From assembly GCF_000015945.1 (NCBI RefSeq), contig NC_009033.1, forward strand, positions 240,001 through 272,000: a stretch of DNA of 32,000 nucleotides, written 5' to 3'. The DNA comes from Staphylothermus marinus F1. GTDB lineage: Archaea > Thermoproteota > Thermoprotei_A > Sulfolobales > Desulfurococcaceae. How positions within the stretch are numbered: position 1 is the first letter of the stretch; each line of letters begins with the position of its first letter. The notes under the pieces are model-generated. The model had not been told where the DNA came from, did not search any database, and saw only the letters and a program-made list of their open reading frames with translations. Position numbers and translations under genes: made by a program. Positions 26,322-32,000 of this stretch are shown here, one piece after another.

Positions 26322-27458
26322 TCACTCCATCATATAGGAAGCAACAACTCTACCATCAGTTAATAATATATTGCTTCTTCTAACAAGTAAGGGTAATACA
26401 TTGGGGCCAAAAGATTCTTCAAGAACAAGAGTCTTGTCCTTTACACTATATATTTTTGTCTCGCGCATTTTACCATAATCAACATATAGAGCAACTATAT
26501 CTCCTGAAATTATAGCAAATATAGTATCTCTAATAATGTGACTAATCCAAACAACCCGGCCTTTAAAGTCATAGTTTATAATGAACGGCATACCCATAAT
26601 CTGAGCAAGGACAGCCGCGGTATAATTATTTACATTAATATTAAATACTCCGCGAGTAAACGGAGGCTTTAGCAAAGTATATTCTATAACATAGTCTTCG
26701 GGATTATATAGCTTCAAAAAGTTCTTTCCCATTAAAACAACTTGTTTAACCTCAAAAATCTCTGAACCAGGAACTTTGTGAGGTATAGGATTAAACGGTG
26801 GAAGAACAGGTAGACCCTCCTCTCCCCCAGGAATTATTTCTTCACCATCATTATTGTATCCATGAGTGATTATTTTGCCTTCATGCTCTCCATAGACAAA
26901 TACATAGTCTAGACTAGATACGGCTGATCCGCCAAATCCTGTTATGTGATCAATTACTGATCCTGTAGATCCATCGATCAGCATTGTAATAGTTGAATCA
27001 GCTCTAATACCGCGTGTAGTAACGGCAATCAGATTATCAGAACCCACAACTTCAAAATGATATACACCTCCAACAGTAACTGATTCCAATACATCACCGT
27101 TACCAGTAACAACATTTATATCTAGCGCATAATTAGGCTTTAAATTAGCTATTACACACACATCTTTTCTACAAACCATTTTAGTGTTTAGTCCTCTATA
27201 GATCTTAGTCCAAGCTCTGTTACCATATCCTTTAAAGCATATGAGTGTTTTAAATTCTCTTTTTCTCTCAGTAACACCTCGAAGCTCGGGTTCGCCTATC
27301 CTTCTAACGTCTACTTTACCGCTGATAAAGTTAACAGTGTACAGTACCATGGAATCGGCGCAGTACAGTCTTAGCTCGATATATTCTTCTCTAAATCTGA
27401 CAGCATCCAAGCTACAATTGCTGGGCAGAGCCCTTGACCAAGTATGTCGTATGGGCAT
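26322..27458 (-). CDS. beta-rich hypothetical protein (378 aa), cytoplasmic by sequence
   Basis: ATG with AGGAGGG 9 nt upstream. No signal peptide or TM segment. Its stop lies 7 nt before the antiporter start. Confidence 0.6.
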   Translation of the reverse strand: MPIRHTWSRALPSNCSLDAVRFREEYIELRLYCADSMVLYTVNFISGKVDVRRIGEPELRGVTERKREFKTLICFKGYGNRAWTKIYRGLNTKMVCRKDVCVIANLKPNYALDINVVTGNGDVLESVTVGGVYHFEVVGSDNLIAVTTRGIRADSTITMLIDGSTGSVIDHITGFGGSAVSSLDYVFVYGEHEGKIITHGYNNDGEEIIPGGEEGLPVLPPFNPIPHKVPGSEIFEVKQVVLMGKNFLKLYNPEDYVIEYTLLKPPFTRGVFNINVNNYTAAVLAQIMGMPFIINYDFKGRVVWISHIIRDTIFAIISGDIVALYVDYGKMRETKIYSVKDKTLVLEESFGPNVLPLLVRRSNILLTDGRVVASYMME

Positions 27459-27573
27459 TTATTTTTCCCTCCTCAGAGATATTTTATTATAAATGACATA
27501 GTTAAAAATACATATTTGAAGACAAATACTATCATGTGTGCTTTCAAACTAAATAATTTATATGGTGTGTTTA

Positions 27574-29535
27574 ATGGTTAAAGAAAAAATATATATGATG
27601 CCTATGATTATTGAGGATAAGGATATCGGTGAAGAACCCGATCCCATTAAGCCAAGAAGCATTTATATATATAAGAAAGGAGAACATAGTCCTTATCCCG
27701 GCTTAACATATAGTAAAAGCTTTGTATATGTTAGTGGAGGAAGACTTTATAGAACGTATGTAAAAAATGTCTCTGGAGTATCTCATTTGTTTCTAAACGA
27801 TAAAAGTATAAGTCCCATATATGGTTCATTATATAATGTCGTATATAATGGACAATACCATGGATTAGCTGTTCAATTAGCAGATGGAACTCATTCATTT
27901 ATAGTTCTTGATGGTAGAAGAACTGTTTATCAATTATCCAATATCAAAACCGGATTATTTTCGAAAAAAATATGTAACATCATACATGTTGATGTAGGCA
28001 TTGTTGGAGACAGGATAATTGCTTTAGTACGTACCACCGGCCCACCCGGTACTAAGTGTAAAGATGCCATAGTGTATAGTAAAGATGAAGAAGAATATGC
28101 TCTTAAAGAGCACGAAAAACTCTTACTAGGTGGATGGAATGGATTATGGTTTTCCTATATCGAGACGACGAGTAGGAAGATAAATGTGTTTTTCCATTTA
28201 TGGGATGGCTCAGTAAAGAAGTACTCGATTCCAACATCGCTTATTCCCAAACAATTCCTTATACCCAATGCAATAGTATACTATGATCATAGTCGTGGAT
28301 TAATTGTGTTGAATAATACCTCTGAACTATTAGCGGTTGATTTAAAAAGTAAGACCGCTCTTTGGCGTAGAGGCTTTGGTGGAACAATTTATACACCCTT
28401 TATAAACACCGGTTTAGAAGAAATACTTGTCCATGATGATAGAAACATATACTTAATCGATCCATTGACTGGTGATGAATTATCTTCTCTAGAAGCACCA
28501 TCAAATGTCTCAACTGCAAATTTATCGAGAAAATACTTACTAATTGGCTCAAATGATATATTATACTTATATATTAGAGAGGGGAGAAGGTTCGATTATA
28601 TCGCGAAATACTCGATCACAGGAAGCATTAGAGGTATAAGTATACAAGGAGACGATGTTCTAATAGGGTATAGGTCTCCGGGGGATATACCTAAGGTCAT
28701 ATATATGAGCCTAGGAGAAACAATCAGTTTTAAACTAAAAGAAATCGAGCTACCGGTTAATAGTGTAGTCGAAATACCTGTGGGGGAAATAGTTCCTAAT
28801 ATAAGAGTGTTAAGAATCGATTCCCGCCAACTACTGATAACTACTCGTGAAAACAAGATCATAGTAGCTGATCGAGGCAGTAAACCCGGCGAGTACAAAG
28901 CCACTCTAGAGATCTCAATAGCTGGTTTCCTCCCTGTAGTAGATGATATAAGTATAAAGGTACAAGAACTGAAAAGTGCATTCAAAAAATTAAGTATACA
29001 ATCAACTGTCATACCCAGCCAACTGGGACCATTCATACCTGTAACTATAAATTCAATTATACCTATCGATGAACTATACATGGTTCTAACAACTAAGGAT
29101 AATTCATTGTTTGGGACAACTAATGTTGTGAGAAATATTAAAAGAGGTGAAACAATGCTTCCACTCTATATAGTATGGGCAAAAATTGGTATCCATAATG
29201 CTGATCTAAAAATAGTAGGATGGAGTAGGAGGAATAGAATATTTGAAGAATTCAAGACAAAAATAAAAATTGAATACGATATACCCCCATTTCATTTAAG
29301 AGTAGCTGGCGGAATAGCATATATCTGGTCGCCTTTTAGCATTGAAGCAGTAAAGATAACGCTTAGATCGAGGGAGGCAGAATATACTATTATGCACGAC
29401 TTAAAAACTGGTTGGAACGAAATAGAAGTCCATGATATGATCCCTGATGAGGTTATTATTACTTTACGTGGCGGAATAACCTATGTTGTAAGGAGGGGGC
29501 AAAGCTGGATCCAATTAATGAAGCACTCATTTTAA
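27574..29535 (+). CDS. large hypothetical protein: N-terminal beta-propeller-like region plus C-terminal beta-sandwich-like region
   Basis: Long open frame. LLAVDLKSKTALWRRGFGG...IYLIDPLTGDEL resembles PQQ/BamB-type propeller blades. ATG 27574 lies 7 nt after GGTG; the track start at 27562 is the alternative. No signal peptide. Confidence 0.6.
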   Translation: MVKEKIYMMPMIIEDKDIGEEPDPIKPRSIYIYKKGEHSPYPGLTYSKSFVYVSGGRLYRTYVKNVSGVSHLFLNDKSISPIYGSLYNVVYNGQYHGLAVQLADGTHSFIVLDGRRTVYQLSNIKTGLFSKKICNIIHVDVGIVGDRIIALVRTTGPPGTKCKDAIVYSKDEEEYALKEHEKLLLGGWNGLWFSYIETTSRKINVFFHLWDGSVKKYSIPTSLIPKQFLIPNAIVYYDHSRGLIVLNNTSELLAVDLKSKTALWRRGFGGTIYTPFINTGLEEILVHDDRNIYLIDPLTGDELSSLEAPSNVSTANLSRKYLLIGSNDILYLYIREGRRFDYIAKYSITGSIRGISIQGDDVLIGYRSPGDIPKVIYMSLGETISFKLKEIELPVNSVVEIPVGEIVPNIRVLRIDSRQLLITTRENKIIVADRGSKPGEYKATLEISIAGFLPVVDDISIKVQELKSAFKKLSIQSTVIPSQLGPFIPVTINSIIPIDELYMVLTTKDNSLFGTTNVVRNIKRGETMLPLYIVWAKIGIHNADLKIVGWSRRNRIFEEFKTKIKIEYDIPPFHLRVAGGIAYIWSPFSIEAVKITLRSREAEYTIMHDLKTGWNEIEVHDMIPDEVIITLRGGITYVVRRGQSWIQLMKHSF

Positions 29536-29604
29536 GTTTTTATTTTGCCTTAGCAGCATTATTTACAGAACTATTAGCTGTTTATCTTGATAAAAAGAGA
29601 CACT

Positions 29605-29730
29605 CTATAAATGAGCGCGAAGCAAAACATAGATCTCATCAATAATCTTCTCTATTCTATCAATTCTTTGCTCAAGAATACTTATTTTATCTTCTAGTTC
29701 CTTTATCTTAGATTCAATGTTTTCCTCCAT
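29605..29730 (-). CDS. 41-aa coiled-coil micro-protein
   Basis: My manual translation is MEENIESKIKELEDKISILEQRIDRIEKIIDEIYVLLRAHL, with heptad-spaced I/L residues. The ATG lies 7 nt after the radical SAM stop with GGGAGA upstream. It is below the ORF-track length cut-off. Confidence 0.45.
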   Translation of the reverse strand: MEENIESKIKELEDKISILEQRIDRIEKIIDEIYVLLRAHL

Positions 29731-29736
29731 AAAGCA

Positions 29737-30720
29737 TCATCTCCCAATCCATTTATAAAGATCAATTGTTTGTTTCACCTTAAAAAATAATTTCTGTCCC
29801 CAAAGAATTTTATCTAATAAATTCTCCAAAACCATTTTCTCAGCAAGAACTACTCCTTTATCACCATATGTTGCTCTAATCTCATCTGTGCTGAGAGGTT
29901 TTCTCAGGAGATGATTAATCAATGCTTCTTCTAGATCAGAAGATAACACTATTGTATTATGTTTTTCGCTTATACATTCCTTAACTATGTATCCTTTATC
30001 TACTAGATAATCTTTGACTCGTGCAAACAATTTTCCCCTAACGGGTTTAATCATTTGTTTCCATGAAGGTCTATTTATTGTTTTCAAGTAAATCTTCACT
30101 ATACCTGTTGAACCAATATGGCTTGTTAGCTCATCTAGTGTTGGGGGATCAGAGTTTTTTATTCCATTTATCTTTAAAAGATTGATTTCGAATGCTATTT
30201 TTCTCCTATATGTTTTAGGTATACTTTTCAATATCTTTATTAATAAGCTGGTCTTCGCATTATTCATAGGATCATTTATTACTTGTCTAGTATCCTCTGC
30301 AGCATCAAATGGAATAATTACCTCGTCTACAATGTCTAGTATTGGCGAAGCCCATTTCTCTCCTAAGGTATATCCTGTTGTTCTAATTCTAATACTTGAT
30401 TTACAACCATATTGATTAATAATATCTCTTATTGTTTTAGCTACTAGCGGTGTATGATAATTGAGTAATGGGTCACCATATCCCCACAATAATATGTTCC
30501 GAAATATACATCCATTAACTTGTATGAATTCTTCGATTTCTTTTTTAACTGTCTCTGGATCAATAAGCATTGTTGGCTTCATGGTTTTAATAGATGTTCT
30601 CCCTAATGGACAATAAATACAGTTGTGCGGGCATCTTTTAGGAGGAAGCAATACATCTACTCCAAGACTCCAATCAAAACATCTACTAGGATGGGGGCCA
30701 TAAATAGTCTTTAACTTCAC
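29737..30720 (-). CDS. radical SAM protein, function unknown, with C-terminal helical extension
   Basis: CPHNCIYC (Cx3Cx2C) is preceded by GPHPSRCFDWSLGV. The GTG start overlaps the upstream stop within GTGA (30717-30720). Confidence 0.75.
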   Translation of the reverse strand: MKLKTIYGPHPSRCFDWSLGVDVLLPPKRCPHNCIYCPLGRTSIKTMKPTMLIDPETVKKEIEEFIQVNGCIFRNILLWGYGDPLLNYHTPLVAKTIRDIINQYGCKSSIRIRTTGYTLGEKWASPILDIVDEVIIPFDAAEDTRQVINDPMNNAKTSLLIKILKSIPKTYRRKIAFEINLLKINGIKNSDPPTLDELTSHIGSTGIVKIYLKTINRPSWKQMIKPVRGKLFARVKDYLVDKGYIVKECISEKHNTIVLSSDLEEALINHLLRKPLSTDEIRATYGDKGVVLAEKMVLENLLDKILWGQKLFFKVKQTIDLYKWIGR

Positions 30721-31964
30721 TTGCCAGCCACCTTGCTCTCCAGTACCGCTATGTAGAAGCCTTGACTATTCATTGTATGCGGTAACACTCTATAAGTGCT
30801 ATTACTTATATTGAAACCTTTATAAGCTGTTGATAAACCAGGCAAATTTATTTTCACAGTTTCAGCTAATCCTTCATTAACTATTCTTTCAATAACCTTC
30901 TCACCCTCTAATGGATGAATACTACATGTAGCATAAACTACTCTCCTAGCATATCTCAAAATATTCTTAAGAATTCTATATTGTTTTTTATGGTATTGTT
31001 CCAGCTTGGATCTTCTATTCGTATTTAACTTGACTGCTGGATCTGAATAAACAGCGCCTAACCCACTACACGGAGCATCCACTAAAGCATAGTCGAAAAC
31101 CCGACTCAGCTTAATATTTCTAGAATCTGCATTAATCAGAATAGTTCTTATGGAATCAACACCAAGCCTTTTAAGAAGTGTTTGCTCGATACTAATTCTT
31201 TTAGAGCTAAGATCAATGGCAAAGCCATATAGTTTATTATTAGTAAGCATAAATGCTAAACTATATTTTAGCCCAGGAGCGCTACAGGCGTCTAAGAAAT
31301 ACTTATCCTCCTCTAGTTCTAGAGCTTCTACAACATATGCACTCGCTAAGTCTTGTGGAATAATGAATCCATTTTTTACGCATTTATTATGACCGATTGG
31401 ATCCCATTTTGGATGTTCTACGTAAACCATGTATTTAGGGAAATCTTTTTTCTGATAAATAATACCGGTTTCATCTAAGCATTTATATGCGTCTTCATAA
31501 CTTATTTTCAAAGTATTTATTCTAAGCCATCTCTTCCTTACATTAAGGTTTTTAAGCATCTTATCTAGTTCTTTCTCGCTCATATGATTCAATAAATCTT
31601 TAACGAGAAATTCCGGATAACTATGTAGGAGACTTATTCTTTTGGTTCTAGATAATTGTTTAACTTCGTCTTTTATAAGGGATCGTGCTCTTCTAATACT
31701 GAATCCTATTTTGGAGAAGTAATTAATTATTCCAGCAGGTTTTGTTCCATAACCGTTTTTTGCAGATAACCATCTTAGAGAATAATAGTAATTTATAGTA
31801 TAGTATCCTACCTTGTAGAATATGCGTAGAGCCCATCTTGGAAAACTGTATTTGTGAATTATAGTTCTGAATGCTTTATCATAGCTTATATGTGCTTTTA
31901 ATATGTAGTTTAGAAGTCGTTTCAGGAAAAACTCTAATTGGTGAGGGGGGAGAACTGTTTCCAA
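30717..31964 (-). CDS. RsmB/NOL1/NOP2/Sun-family RNA cytosine-C5 methyltransferase
   Basis: DACSAPGLK (motif I), DAPCSGLG (motif IV, catalytic Cys) and YATCSIHPLEGE (motif VI, catalytic Cys), with a helical NusB-like N-terminal region. TTG start at 31964. Confidence 0.85.
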   Translation of the reverse strand: METVLPPHQLEFFLKRLLNYILKAHISYDKAFRTIIHKYSFPRWALRIFYKVGYYTINYYYSLRWLSAKNGYGTKPAGIINYFSKIGFSIRRARSLIKDEVKQLSRTKRISLLHSYPEFLVKDLLNHMSEKELDKMLKNLNVRKRWLRINTLKISYEDAYKCLDETGIIYQKKDFPKYMVYVEHPKWDPIGHNKCVKNGFIIPQDLASAYVVEALELEEDKYFLDACSAPGLKYSLAFMLTNNKLYGFAIDLSSKRISIEQTLLKRLGVDSIRTILINADSRNIKLSRVFDYALVDAPCSGLGAVYSDPAVKLNTNRRSKLEQYHKKQYRILKNILRYARRVVYATCSIHPLEGEKVIERIVNEGLAETVKINLPGLSTAYKGFNISNSTYRVLPHTMNSQGFYIAVLESKVAGK

Positions 31965-32000
31965 TCCTAAACCCTACCTGTTCTCTCCCGTAGTAATAGG

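Noticed and set aside
26311-26340. Tandem ATGGAGTG...ATGGAGTG and a TGATGA at the junction of ORF 26322-27458 and the antiporter
   Set aside because: It is explained by the C-terminal codons (YMME), the stop codon, and the GGAG SD-like motif plus GTG start of the downstream gene. It is not an independent repeat or box C.

Overview
AT-rich archaeal chromosomal segment. Protein-coding genes run roughly 28-45% G+C by spot counts. Coding density is about 85-90%, and I support 32 CDS calls. Cren7 (10996-11187), an archaeal type-II GAPDH in a pgk-gap operon, an archaeal PheRS beta subunit, and pervasive GGTGA/GGAGG Shine-Dalgarno-like motifs point to a hyperthermophilic crenarchaeon. It looks Desulfurococcales-like (for example Staphylothermus-like), but that is an inference, not a database result. 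I found no rRNA, tRNA, CRISPR array, integrase or transposase, so this is mostly core chromosome. Observations worth a second look: (1) a GC-rich island at 2605-2760 that folds into a closed four-way junction and fits no RNA family I recognise; (2) a textbook C/D box sRNA on the minus strand at 11319-11367, invisible to the ORF track; (3) a dispersed set of YgeW-type carbamoyltransferase, carbamate kinase, SsnA-type amidohydrolase and PreA-type flavoprotein that resembles the bacterial anaerobic purine-breakdown cluster; (4) a tightly coupled operon of an RsmB/Sun m5C RNA methyltransferase, an orphan radical SAM enzyme and a 41-aa coiled-coil micro-ORF; (5) a divergent pair of large beta-rich orphan proteins, one apparently co-transcribed with a CPA2 antiporter; (6) an oversized endonuclease III-like Fe-S glycosylase. 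About a third of the genes appear to use TTG or GTG starts, each backed by an SD-like motif, so many ORF-track N-termini are over-extended. All functional calls rest on motifs I read in the translations; no searches were run.
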